Positions 10,985 to 22,279 of a stretch of DNA of 64,000 bases are shown here, piece after piece. The DNA lies in assembly GCA_977030845.1 (NCBI GenBank), contig OZ365118.1, positions 18,476,001 through 18,540,000 on the forward strand, written 5' to 3'. The notes under the pieces are model-generated. The model worked only from the letters and a program-made list of their open reading frames with translations, was not told the DNA's origin and did not search any database. The first letter of the stretch is position 1; the number at the start of each line of letters is the position of its first letter. Source of the DNA: Fimbriosthenelais zetlandica. Lineage: Eukaryota. Made by a program: the position numbers and the translations under genes.

Positions 10985-10990
10985 AATAAA
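10985..10990 (+). terminator. Candidate polyadenylation signal of the chimeric channel gene
   Basis: AATAAA about 580 nt after the stop, in an AT-rich 3' region. Confidence 0.4.
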
Positions 10991-11935
10991 CATTGAATGT
11001 AAAAGAAACTATATCTGCCCCTGTTAAAATATTAAAATAGAGTGGGCTGCTTCTGCCTCTACTACTCCCGACCTTGTTTATTTGTCGCTATGACGACCTA
11101 GTGTGAACTCCCCATACCTGGCTTTAGCACATGGTAGTAGAGCAAGTCTGACCCGGGATATAACGGCCTTCACATAGCGTTCACATGTTATATTCAGGTG
11201 TTATAATTACACTACCTGTATATAGCAGGATACCTATATATAGCTCCAAACATTGAATCATCTAAACATTGAATCACACCAGGCTTGGTTAACATTGTGA
11301 ATGAGGACGGTATATACACGGTTTATATGCAGCCATTCATGTGACAAACTGTTGTAGTAACCACCAGGATTCTACAACAGCTGCGAGGCTCGATTTATCT
11401 CTTAATGTGAGGAACGTTGGGATGAGGCAGACCAGGATAGGTTTATATAAACCCTGACGTTTTGCTGTAGTCTAAGGTAAGACTTCTATACATGTAAAGC
11501 CACAGTTTAGTTTTTATATGTAGTTATGTAAAGGATTAAGCCTGCTATGACATAACCCTCTTTATGCTGGGATTATCCTAATTTAACACACGTACAAATC
11601 CACATTATTTTTGTAATGCCCTATTTTTATTATGCCTTTTAATTCACTGTACACCAAATATACCACAAGACTCTGTTCCTCACACTATTTATTATTAATA
11701 GCTGTGTAGAAGATCTATAGAAGATGTGCAGGAGTATTGGATGATAAAGAATAGCTCAATATATGATCAGAGGTATATATAATATTCAAGTCAGGCTCAA
11801 TATTGGAGGTATATCTAATATTGCAGGTAAAGTCAGACTGAATGTTTGATTGAGTTATATATAATATTCAATATAAGGCAAAGGCAAAGTCAGGCTCAAT
11901 ATTTGATTCATTTATATCTAATATTTCAGGTGATA

Positions 11936-14900
11936 ATGGAGGGTAAAGGACTGAAGCTTAAGGACCCTCAGACGTTCCGTATCTTCATCTCCTCCCCGTT
12001 TAACGGGATGGAGAGGGAGCGTGACAGTCTGACCAAGCTGTACTGGCCGAGGTTAGAGTCACTACTGGCCACCAGGGGGCTGAGACTGCGGCTGGTAGAC
12101 ATGAGATGGGGAATCACCCACTCCTCATCTATAGACTCACAAACCATCAATATCTGTCTACGTGAGGTCGACCGCTCCGACTTCTTCATCGGTTTATACG
12201 GACAGAGATACGGCTGGCACGGCACCAACGATGTCAACCTACAGGAGAACTTTGAGAAGGCTAAAGATAAGTTCCCCTGGATACTGAATCACCGGGAGAA
12301 GAGTGTGACCGCTCTGGAGTACTACCATGGACATCTGAACGAGCCGGGTAGACTACCGGCTTGTTTTACATTCCGTCATAAATCATACGATGATCAGATG
12401 TTTATCAAAGCCAGACAAGATGGCGACGCCAAGCGGGAGAAGGCCTTCACTCCTGAGACACAAGAATCAAGTCACCTCCTGAACGACCTCAAACAGAAGG
12501 TCATTCAGACTGAAACTGAGACGTTAGGTTTACTCAATGATTACACTGAGCCAGAAAAGGCAGCTGAGTTCATCTTTGAATCAATCCTGACTTTTGTTAA
12601 AAAGGAAATCTTATCTGCTTCTGCCGAGCCTCCTTCCAAGAAGGAGAAATCGTTATTAGCTCACGAAGTGTACATGAAGAGTAGAGCTGGGAACTACGTT
12701 GGAGGTGAGAGATATATGGAGGAGCTAGACAAGTATGTTCTGGGTGATGATGGCACTAAACCCATTACAGTTATAGGAAAAACTGGCTGTGGTAAATCAG
12801 CTCTCATTGCTAACTGGATCAGTAATATGAGTGGAGACAAGTATAGCAATGTTCTGTGTGTGTATCATCTAGTAGGAGCTGAACCTGACAGCGCATCCAC
12901 TAATAATCTACTGATCAGACTGGTGGAGAACCTCCAACCACATATCCTGGCTGAGGATTTCGACCCTTCAAAAAACAAACTGGGCGATAAGGAACTCCTT
13001 GCTAAACTCCAGGAGTTGTTTAAGAAGTTGAATTCAGCAGAGACGAAGTTTGAGAAGAAGATAGTGATTATTGTAGATAAGGTGGACCATATGAGTGGTG
13101 ATAAGACCAGTAAACCCCTCTACTGGCTGCCACGCTCACTACCCGCACAGATACGGGTAGTTCTCACAGTCACCGCTGGTAATGAGGGCGCTGACGAAAT
13201 ACTAGAAATCCTCGATGAAAATTATCAAACTTTAAAACTAGAAGTGACTGCTATTAATGAACAGGATAAATGGACGCTCTGTCAGTCAATCATGGAGGAA
13301 CATTCTAAATCATTTGACGAGGAACAGCTACATCTGATCATATCCTCACCTAAAACCAACCAGCCCTTCTTCCTCATGGTGCTCATTCAGGAACTGTGTG
13401 TGTCAGGGAGGTTTAGAGAGCTGAGTCAGCAGATCAGAGCTCACCTCGAGGCTGAGGGAGTGACTGGCCTGCTCTGTAATGTGATTAAACGTCTGGAGAC
13501 AGACTATGAGAGTGATGAGATCGGCGGTAAGCTGGCTGAGGACATCCTCTGTGCCATCTGTCTGTGTAGGAAGGGTATCGCCGAGTCGGAACTCCCCATG
13601 CCTCAACACATCTGGGCTCCCTTCATTCACGCTATGGGAAAATATCTCATCAACAAAGGAGGCTTACTTACCTTCTCCTTCCCTGAAATGGCTGAGGCCG
13701 TGGAGAAATTATACATGAACACAGACGAGAAGAAGGGACAGGCAGCGGTCAAGGTGGCCGAGATATTCCTAGTACCTTACAGAAAGATGATCAGGGAAAA
13801 TGCAAAGACGGTTGATAAGAGATTGGTGATGGAACTACCGTACTTACTGAAGAAGAGCGGTAATAAGGCGGAGTTAATGAAGGTGATGAGTGACGTCAGG
13901 GTGTTTAACGTCATGTTCAGCTCAGCTCGCTATGAGCTCAATGACTACTGGCATTATCTAGGTGTCTCATCTGAAGTCATCGCTAGAAAATTACTGAAGA
14001 GTCTCGACTGTTACACGGCTGTGAGGTACTCACAGTTCCTGAGAGACTATAACCAGGATGGTATACAGAAATTAATGAGGTGGAAATCAGGCGTCATCGA
14101 TGACATCAGGATCTGGATGGATGTCATTAAACTGTACCATGGACTGTCACTGATCTATGACAGGGAGATCATGATAGACACCAGACGGTCTGACATCCAG
14201 GGTAGGAAGAAGGAGAATATACTGGTACAGGTGAAGTACTTCAAGGCGTGCTTCCTGTCTGATGTTGAGCAGTACAGAGAAGCTCTGGACCTACATATGG
14301 AGGTAATGAAGGGCAGGGAGAAGCTGATAAAAGAATCAATCATGGAGAAGGAGGACATTGGCATGTCATATCATGGTATAGGACTGTGTTACTATAATCT
14401 TAAAGATTACGACGAGGGTGAGAAATGGTTCCTCAAAGCTCTCGAGGCTCAGAGTGAAGATGACCCAAAAAATGCGTCATCAAATGGTAACACATACTGT
14501 AACCTGGGGTTGATAGAGAACTCACGGGGGAACCTTGATAAAGCCATAGAATACTTTAACAAGTCTAACGCCTTGTGGGAGGATGTCATGCCGGATAAGA
14601 TCTGCCTGGACATCGCCTATAACTACCACAATATGGCGCTGGTTCAGCGGAAGAAGAAGAACTACGATGAGGCAGAGAGGATGTACCTGAAGTCCATGAA
14701 GATGAAGGAGCGCTTGTTGGGGCGCGTATCGTATGATGTCGCCATCACCTTAATGAACCTGGGAACCGTGGAAACATACCGAAAAAATAACGAGAAAAGT
14801 CTAGATTATAATAAACAGTCGCTGGAGATATTTAAAAAGCTGGCGCCAGAGGGCTCTTACCGCACGATGATGGCGGAGGAGAACGTGGTGAACCAACTAA

Positions 14901-15613
14901 CGCTGTTAAAGCGATATGAGGAAGCTGAACCCATGTTCCAGAACGTTCTTAAACACCTGAAGAAAATGGAGGGAGGCTCAGCTAACGGCCTGGCTCCCCT
15001 CCACAGAAGGTTCAGAAACTGGTATGAAGACAACGGGTATAAAGAGAAGGCTCTAGATGTGTCTACAGGACTTGTGACTTGTTCTAAGTGTAAACCGGCT
15101 GACGTAGCTTACCATCTCATCCTGTATGACTCCTCATCCAAGACGACACGCGGACCCTGCCCACATGAAGGCACGTTTGAGTATGGGATGAAGAAATGGC
15201 CGTATAATAGAGACATCCTCATGGCTCATCTCTCTGTACTAGTGGAGGCGGATAAAACACAAGCCATGGACTTTATACAGAAGTATTGTGAGGATGGAGA
15301 GGGAGAGAAGCCCGGGGGAGGGCGCTACTGGCTCCTTGTGGACATCATTCATGAGGAACTCGAGGATTTAGAACTCGCTATTAAAGTCGCTACTCAGGCT
15401 CTCAACTATGATCCAGACAATGACAAACTTAAATGCAAAATGGAGAAGTTAAAAAAGCTCCAAGAGGAGAAGGCAGCTAAAGACAAAATCAAAAATGAGG
15501 AACAGACTAAACAGGAGAATGAAAAGGAAGGGACAAAGGATGAAGAGAAAGCTGGGGAAAACATAGAACAAGAGGAGACAAAGCAAAATGACTCAAAAGA
15601 CACTAACTCATAG
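11936..15613 (+). CDS. DUF4062-like N-terminus + NACHT/STAND NTPase + TPR repeats (nephrocystin-3-like architecture), 1225 aa, single coding exon
   Basis: FRIFISSPF.GMERER...VDMRWGI...ICLREVDRSDFFIGLYGQRYGW (DUF4062 type as in TEP1/NPHP3); Walker A GKTGCGKS; Walker B VIIVDKVD; TPR repeats (SYHGIGLCYY, TYCNLGLI, YHNMALV, TLMNLGTV). ATG at 11936 follows the acceptor TTTCAG at 11929. Confidence 0.9.
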   Translation: MEGKGLKLKDPQTFRIFISSPFNGMERERDSLTKLYWPRLESLLATRGLRLRLVDMRWGITHSSSIDSQTINICLREVDRSDFFIGLYGQRYGWHGTNDVNLQENFEKAKDKFPWILNHREKSVTALEYYHGHLNEPGRLPACFTFRHKSYDDQMFIKARQDGDAKREKAFTPETQESSHLLNDLKQKVIQTETETLGLLNDYTEPEKAAEFIFESILTFVKKEILSASAEPPSKKEKSLLAHEVYMKSRAGNYVGGERYMEELDKYVLGDDGTKPITVIGKTGCGKSALIANWISNMSGDKYSNVLCVYHLVGAEPDSASTNNLLIRLVENLQPHILAEDFDPSKNKLGDKELLAKLQELFKKLNSAETKFEKKIVIIVDKVDHMSGDKTSKPLYWLPRSLPAQIRVVLTVTAGNEGADEILEILDENYQTLKLEVTAINEQDKWTLCQSIMEEHSKSFDEEQLHLIISSPKTNQPFFLMVLIQELCVSGRFRELSQQIRAHLEAEGVTGLLCNVIKRLETDYESDEIGGKLAEDILCAICLCRKGIAESELPMPQHIWAPFIHAMGKYLINKGGLLTFSFPEMAEAVEKLYMNTDEKKGQAAVKVAEIFLVPYRKMIRENAKTVDKRLVMELPYLLKKSGNKAELMKVMSDVRVFNVMFSSARYELNDYWHYLGVSSEVIARKLLKSLDCYTAVRYSQFLRDYNQDGIQKLMRWKSGVIDDIRIWMDVIKLYHGLSLIYDREIMIDTRRSDIQGRKKENILVQVKYFKACFLSDVEQYREALDLHMEVMKGREKLIKESIMEKEDIGMSYHGIGLCYYNLKDYDEGEKWFLKALEAQSEDDPKNASSNGNTYCNLGLIENSRGNLDKAIEYFNKSNALWEDVMPDKICLDIAYNYHNMALVQRKKKNYDEAERMYLKSMKMKERLLGRVSYDVAITLMNLGTVETYRKNNEKSLDYNKQSLEIFKKLAPEGSYRTMMAEENVVNQLTLLKRYEEAEPMFQNVLKHLKKMEGGSANGLAPLHRRFRNWYEDNGYKEKALDVSTGLVTCSKCKPADVAYHLILYDSSSKTTRGPCPHEGTFEYGMKKWPYNRDILMAHLSVLVEADKTQAMDFIQKYCEDGEGEKPGGGRYWLLVDIIHEELEDLELAIKVATQALNYDPDNDKLKCKMEKLKKLQEEKAAKDKIKNEEQTKQENEKEGTKDEEKAGENIEQEETKQNDSKDTNS

Positions 15614-15711
15614 ACTCAGGTAGATAATTATTATGAGAATCCAGGGTAAAGGTTGGAGATGGGCGATACAATGTGACTGTGAAGCAGGCTGTGATAGGAA
15701 TCTTGTTATGA

Positions 15712-15774
15712 AATAAAACAGAAATAATCTATTTATCTACCATACCTCAATTTAGTCCTTTTAATATTTTTATT
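15712..15774. terminator. Convergent polyadenylation signals
   Basis: AATAAA on + at 15712-15717 and AATAAA on - at 15769-15774. Confidence 0.4.
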
Positions 15775-16251
15775 CCTTTTACAGGGGTTTTGACATAATT
15801 TACCTTTAATTTACAACTGAACCTCCATACATGAATGAGTTTACATGAATTAATCATTTATCAATTCTAGAATACTGTTCCATGTGCACGTTATGCTGGT
15901 TATTTCAGACATGGCAGAGTGTGTTGATAGTCCTGCCCAGCTGGTAAACCAGTCTTGTTTAGTATGTATACAACGTATACCCTCTATTTATAGGGTTTGA
16001 AAAGGTACACGATGGAGCTATGATCCTCATTGGTCAGTTTGGGGTAGGACCTATGTATAGAAGGATGAGCAGGCCTTTCTACAGACACACTCACTACACA
16101 GCTGTACAGTACTTGCCTGCAGTCCTCTTTTCAAGACCTACCACCATTCAACCATCCACCTTACACCGCTAACTGTATGTATACATATTATACATTATAT
16201 TAAATTTGTTGTGTCATTTATCGGTGTGACAGTTGGGCTGTAGATCTTTCC

Positions 16252-16890
16252 TTACACCTCATTGTAACAGGGGAATCTTTCGTTACATACGGTACATCTT
16301 TCTTCCTGAACTGCGAGCCAATACGCCACACCAAAAGGTACAAAGATGACTGATATGATGACACATAGAACCATATGTTCATCCGAGCAACCGAGGCTTA
16401 ACTCTCCCTGAATAAAACAAAACATGAATAAGATTATCAGAAACAATCCATAGTTTAATATACAGACATTGACTCACTCCGATTAATTGTAGGGCAATCA
16501 TTTTAGTCTACAAAAAGGACATTAAATATAAAATAAATAGAAATGGAAAATAGCCCTTACTCCACATCTCGGACACCGATGTTCCATTAGTGTTTCATTC
16601 TGGGAATTGTCAATGAAGTGTTGTGGCGTTTGGTTGATGGGCAGGGGGTGTGGGTGTGCTGTGTTTCCTCCTGGGGGTGGCGGGTGGGATGGTGGAGGGA
16701 CTGGGGCAGGTACCGGGGTGGGTTGATGTATATAAGGGGTCTCACTACCGTCTATCATGTAGTAAGAGGGAGGCTGTGTCCTCCAGTTTGATCCTGAGAC
16801 TGGGGTGAGAGGTGGAGGCGTGGCATGGACGGTGTAGGGGGGAGGTAGATCATGCAATCCAGGCGAGGTGTTACCTGGGCGTCCCTCCAT
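16252..16890 (-). CDS. BRI3/LITAF-like small membrane protein, 161 aa, exons 16561-16890 and 16252-16407
   Basis: Pro-rich N-terminus with PPPY and PPSY; CPRC..hydrophobic hairpin (VLCVIISVIFVPFGVAYWLA)..CTVC; phase-0 GT-AG intron 16408-16560. Confidence 0.8.
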
Positions 16891-17546
16891 CTCTCACCTG
16901 TAAGTCACCAATATATGACACACCTTAATACTCAATATGACAGCATTATATACAGGTGACTACAAACAAACCTGGAGCATTTATTATAGACTGCCATGCA
17001 TACAATGGGTGAATATAAGCTACAATGTTATACAGCTTCAATATACATACAGTGTTCTATATTTATATTATATATATATTTCCTTTGCTTTGTTAGTATT
17101 CTGCCATCCTCTGCTATATTCGTAACGATATATTCTGAGGTGATATCGACCATTTCTATATGTTATGTTGCTTCGAAAATATGTGTGATACACCCATGTC
17201 CACAAAGGGTATATTATAAACATTAAAGAGTATATTATAGATATCTAACTGTACATCCAGGGTGTATACCACTATTATATAGACCTACACCTACCTTAGC
17301 ACTGTGTTGCTTGGTTTGTTGAATCCGTGTGTCTACTTTAAAATGAGGTCGTTACTTGACTACCAGTGTCATGTCGTCTTCCTTGTATCATCTTTTTGTA
17401 GTGACCTGTTTTCTGTCATGTGTAGCAGAATATGCTAGACGGAGAGGTGGGGGTTGGTTGGGGGGGGGGGGGGGGTGGTGGGTAGTGGCGTGCATAGATT
17501 GCAGTTTAATTTTATATAGGGCCTATGTCTATATGCATTAACCCAG

Positions 17547-19119
17547 ATTATAATAGGTAGTGGAGGGAGATAGCCCCTAATCGACCAAGTGAGGAAATAG
17601 ATTACCACTATCTTAAATCAATAACTTATCGACCAAGTGAGGAAATAGATTACCACTATCTTAAATCAATAACTTATCGACCAAGTGAGGAAATAGATTA
17701 CCACTATCTTAAATCAATAACTTATCGACCAAGTGAGGAAATAGATTACCACTATCTTAAATCAATAACTTATCGACCAAGTGAGGAAATAGATTACCAC
17801 TATCTTAAATCAATAACTTATCGACCAAGTGAGGAAGTGCATGTATAATTTCCTTTATTTTCTTTGCTGTCCAATGTTTATCAGAATTATTCTCATGATT
17901 ATACCATTGATGATAGATCAATGAATAGTTAATCAAACAACCAAACATTTCACGGTTACTCGCAATGAATTTTGTCCGTAATATCACTATCCACTGCTTA
18001 TCCATGCATTCATTTCACGGTTATACTTCAGTTAAACTTTCTAGCTTAGATTATTTATACCCCTCCAGGTGTGCCATACCTAACACACTAGCTGACCATC
18101 ACACTAGTTCACCATCACACTAGCTCACCATCACACTAGCTCACCAATGATGACTTTATTACCACCACCAGTACTGATGGCTAGAAGGTACTGCCTCCAG
18201 AGGTGAAAACTGACCGCTACACTGACCGGCGCCCTCACCTGGCCTCCTTTATACTGGAGATGGTAGAGGAAGTGACCAGTAGATCTAAATACACTAATCC
18301 TATCATTACAATAGTCACTGACCAGTACTGTATCCGCCGGACCCTCACACACCCCCGCCGGGGCCAGTAACTGACCATTACCGGACCCACTGTTACCGAG
18401 TGGCCACGTCTCATCCTTCTCTACATCATGCATTATCAGATTATTGGAGTGGATCGGGTACGTGGTTGTACCCACCAGTACCCCTGACTCGGTCAGGGTA
18501 GTGTACCAGAGATGGGTGCTATCTGTGGTGAGGTGGATGAGAGATATAAAGGTGAGTTGATGGGTGTATATATAATATAGATGATGCTCGTTACAGCTGC
18601 CTATAATGAGGTGATTCATGTTGAAGGCTATAGTACATGGCTGTGACAGGTGTGTGAGCTTGATACGTGTCACATCCCCACTCCCCGTCAGTATGACAGT
18701 ACGTGTGTAGATCCGTACTCGGTTATTATCCGGCTCTGTGACGTATACGTCCCCGCTATACGTGCACGCCAGCCGTACGGCTCTGAACCCGTCCTCTATC
18801 ACCGCCACGCTGCACGCCCTGCTGTCGTTAACCAGTCTGATCTTAATGAGTCGTTTATCGTACGACTGGATGGCGACTAGCGTGTCAAAACTCACCCAGC
18901 ATAAGTCATCTACTGAGCTCTGGTCAGGGCTTGGCTGAGGCACTTCACATTCCATCAGTAGCTTAGCTGAAATCACAAAACGTCGCAACAATAACTACAA
19001 TCAAATCACTTGGTCGATTAGTGGCCATCTCCCGCCACTACCTATTATAATTCATCTAATTTGATGGATATTATCCGTTCTCACTTGGTCGATTAGTGGC
19101 TATCTCCCTCCACTACCTA
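17547..19119. repeat. Inverted repeats flanking the NHL exon
   Basis: 17547-17592 is the reverse complement of 19006-19051 (43/46). 17554-17593 is the reverse complement of 19080-19119 (39/40). Confidence 0.85.
17581..17836. repeat. Perfect 48-bp tandem repeat, 5 full copies plus a partial copy
   Basis: TCGACCAAGTGAGGAAATAGATTACCACTATCTTAAATCAATAACTTA at 17581, 17629, 17677, 17725, 17773; partial at 17821. Confidence 0.95.
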
Positions 19120-20027
19120 CTTTTTTTAAATGATAGTTTAGAAAATGAATACATATAGGAAAGTGCCCCACCTGCGAACCTGTGGTCGGCCTTATTAGTG
19201 GTGCGACGTGGGCCGGAGGTGGAGACACCTAACCACGGAGGCCTGGTGGTTGCCCGGTAGGCTTCTGGAGCCTGATTTGGTTGGTCAGTGACCATCTCCC
19301 TCCTCCTGGCTACACATTGGTTCCCCTCCATACCACTGGACCCTGAGAATTGAAAACACTTTGTTATATTTATAAATAGTTTTAACTTCCGTATTTTAAT
19401 CATTTATGGTAGTTATTTTGTATGTTTACTATTTAAGTCTTTATTATTTATTACATTTGATAATGTTAATTGATATTTATTATTTTAATTATTATTTGTT
19501 AGTTATTATTAGTTATTGTGTAGGTTACCTTTAACTTTGCGGGCTAAGAGGACTGCTATGGTAATAGAGACCAGTAGTAGGCAGGCGGTAATGGCGATGA
19601 GAATCCAGCCCCAGCATGGCGGTCTCTGACAACGCCCTTTCCGCTCCTGTCGCTCTTCCCGCTGACCCTTGAACTTCATCACGGCTGCCCCTGCCCCTGC
19701 CCCCACCCCATCCTCCACATCCTCGTACCTATGTGAGGAGTCTGTGGTTGCCATATATGCCGGGTTGGAGGTGGCTGGCCGTTCTGGGGATCTCATACCT
19801 CCCCGCCCTCTCTCCTCTACGGTCAGAAGGCCTGGAGGTCCGGGACAGGGATGGACAGTTGGGAAGCCAGGTGGGAAGACAGGGATGCCCCCATATCGGT
19901 TAGGAGGATTTCTGTCCGTGTAAGAGGAGCCGATGACAGATAGATAGGGGTGCGACACTCCGGTTGTCTCTTCATTATTCTGATAGACGGCCCTCTGAAA
20001 ATCCCTTTGATTCTGATACACCGCCAT
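18131..20027 (-). CDS. Type II membrane protein with Tyr-motif N-terminal tail and C-terminal NHL beta-propeller, 501 aa; exons 19529-20027, 19172-19342, 18131-18966
   Basis: Two phase-1 GT-AG introns give 1506 nt in frame. TM segment WGWILIAITACLLLVSITIAVLLA. NHL repeats GSGNGQLLAPAGVC...VLVSDYCNDRISVF and GDVYVTEPDNNRVRIY. The ATG follows an acceptor, so further upstream exons are possible. Confidence 0.75.
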
Positions 20028-21458
20028 CTGAAAATACAAAGTTTCGTCACATTTCTTAATTTCACCATTGTTACGCACCCAGTGCTGCTAACTGGGATGG
20101 CAAAGACCAGCCATGCCTCCCACTATCTGGTGAAAGTCATGTCAGAGAAATCTGCCGAACATTTAAAATATATTTAATTTAACCATGCACCCCTTAAAAG
20201 TGGTGATATGAACTTCCCAGTTTTTTAAAAGATGTCTGAAGTGAATAGTATGAGGTGCTTACCTTGATACCTTATTACAATGTTTACCAGGTAACCACTA
20301 ATGTAATTGATCAGGCCATCCTCCTTTGTCTTGATTACCATGGTATTGTGTGTCCTCCATATACCTGGCTGCTAGCCGGCAGAACAGACTCTCCTATATC
20401 ACAAAAATTATATCGGCAATATATACAAAAACAGAGAAACAAAGTGAGATAAAAATTGTTGTATGTAATGAGGACAGTATGAGAAATGTCATGATATGTG
20501 TCCGCTCTCACACACCCCCTCCCCTCCCCCCTCGCCATCCACACCTGTCCCCATCCACCATCCCCTACCTCCTTCCTCATTCTCTATTCCCTTCCCCCAC
20601 CTTTTCACAGCAGGGGGATCCAGAGGTGGTTGGAAGTCAGGCCACTTTCTGTCGTTCAAATAATTTTTATTTTGCCCGGCCACCCCGACCCCTTCCCCAC
20701 CGCGGGTCAGTGATTCTGTCTGGGGAATTCCATCTGTCATGACCCCCCCCCCCCCCGCTCCCTTATTGTATAACTAATTTCAACCATAGGGCCTACACCT
20801 ACCCCCAGCACTTACCATCTATAGGCCACTCATCACGATCTTCTATTATCTAACATCAACTCAGGCACGACATCCTTTATAAAAGTATCTAGTCTCCTGT
20901 ATACACAACCTCCCAGGCATGTCTAGTCGGGAGTTAGCAAATAAAGTATTATTTTTGCCCCGTTGGGAATTTTTGATGATCCAACATAACTCAGTGTGTT
21001 TACTATGTATTACAGGACACGCCTGACTGGCCCCCACTATAGCTGGCTCTCATCAAATCTATCATCGATAGAGAAAATGTTCTCATGCATATTGAATGCT
21101 GTAAAATTAGGTATGAACCTTTATATTTTTAAATTCTTAATTGTCGATAATTATGTCGCCACCTAATATCTAGATGTGAGCTTCATAATGTAGCCTATTT
21201 GTAGGTCTAGGCACCGTAGCATTATGTGTAGTGTCATAGTTTTCCACGTGAGGGCGCCACTGTTCCCTTATCACTAATGGTGGATTCTAGGCCTATCTTT
21301 TAATCGCCGCGGTTACCTCTCATATAAAGCTTAGTAGGACTCTAGGAGCAAACCTAATTCTTTAAAACTGTCAAATATTTCACAGATCATAACTATTTAG
21401 GGCCTATTAGTATAGGTTATATTAGGTCTACGTGATAGACCACTGATCCCATCTAAAC

Positions 21459-21706
21459 AAAATGGCGGCTGAGACTGAGAGCAGTTGGAACGAATTGTAG
21501 GCTAGGCGTATATCAGGGATTACAAGGATATCACTTTGAGTCACAAACAAGAGGGGATAATTTACTCTGATAGCAAAAATGGGGGCAGAAGACTGATGTT
21601 TTTTATTTGATGTAGCGGGGATGATTTTCTATGTGTTAAGCGATCGGTCGCGTGCCTAGATGAGGCCGCTTATGTTGTGAATAATAATAACAATCAAGAT
21701 GGCGGC
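21459..21706 (+). promoter_or_regulatory. Promoter-like region with two YY1-type motifs
   Basis: AAAATGGCGGC at 21459-21469 and AAGATGGCGGC at 21696-21706 in a CpG-richer segment between divergent genes. Confidence 0.35.
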
Positions 21707-22093
21707 TGGAATCCACGTGTGGCCGGCTCGGTCGACTGTAACTCGTCAACTACCTCGTTTCTCACCATGTTACAACCAGTTAAACAACAATAATGGAGAG
21801 GATTAGGTCTATATTCAACAGGTTGTTCCCCTCGAAGTGCGACAAACAATAGGTCCGTTGTTTTTCTTCTTTCTCTACTCTCTGTTCATCTGTTCATTGC
21901 GGGCCCGGTTCATCGCGCAGGTACCGGACACGTGTTGATGTTTGTAGGCCTATAGCTTTTTCGTATATCTGTAATGTCTTGTTCCCTTATCAGTAGGATA
22001 GTGTACAGCTATCAGAATACGAGCAATGCTTTTACATCAGTGTAAGGTATTTCACAGATCTTAACTATAGTTAGGTTAGCGTAATAAGACATA

Positions 22094-22279
22094 GGCCCAT
22101 ACACTAATCCCATGATCCAATCCATCGCCATCCTATCCCCCATTTCTATGACAATGAAATAATGTCACTGGTTATCAATACCTAGGTGTAATGGACTGAT
22201 ACAATTACAAGAATTTTGTGTGATTATGAACATAATTTCAGGCAGCTATTGGATAGGGAATGGGATTAGTGTGCGGACA
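22094..22279. mobile_element. MITE, family A (full copy)
   Basis: Inverted ends GCCCATACACTAATCCCA ... TGGGATTAGTGTGCGGAC; homologous to other copies in the window. Confidence 0.65.

Noticed and set aside
11846-11935. TTG-started N-terminal extension of the STAND ORF
   Set aside because: Intron-like AT-rich sequence ending in the acceptor TTTCAG at 11929; the first ATG is at 11936
17581-17836. CRISPR-like array
   Set aside because: Units are contiguous and identical with no unique spacers; eukaryotic context; no cas genes
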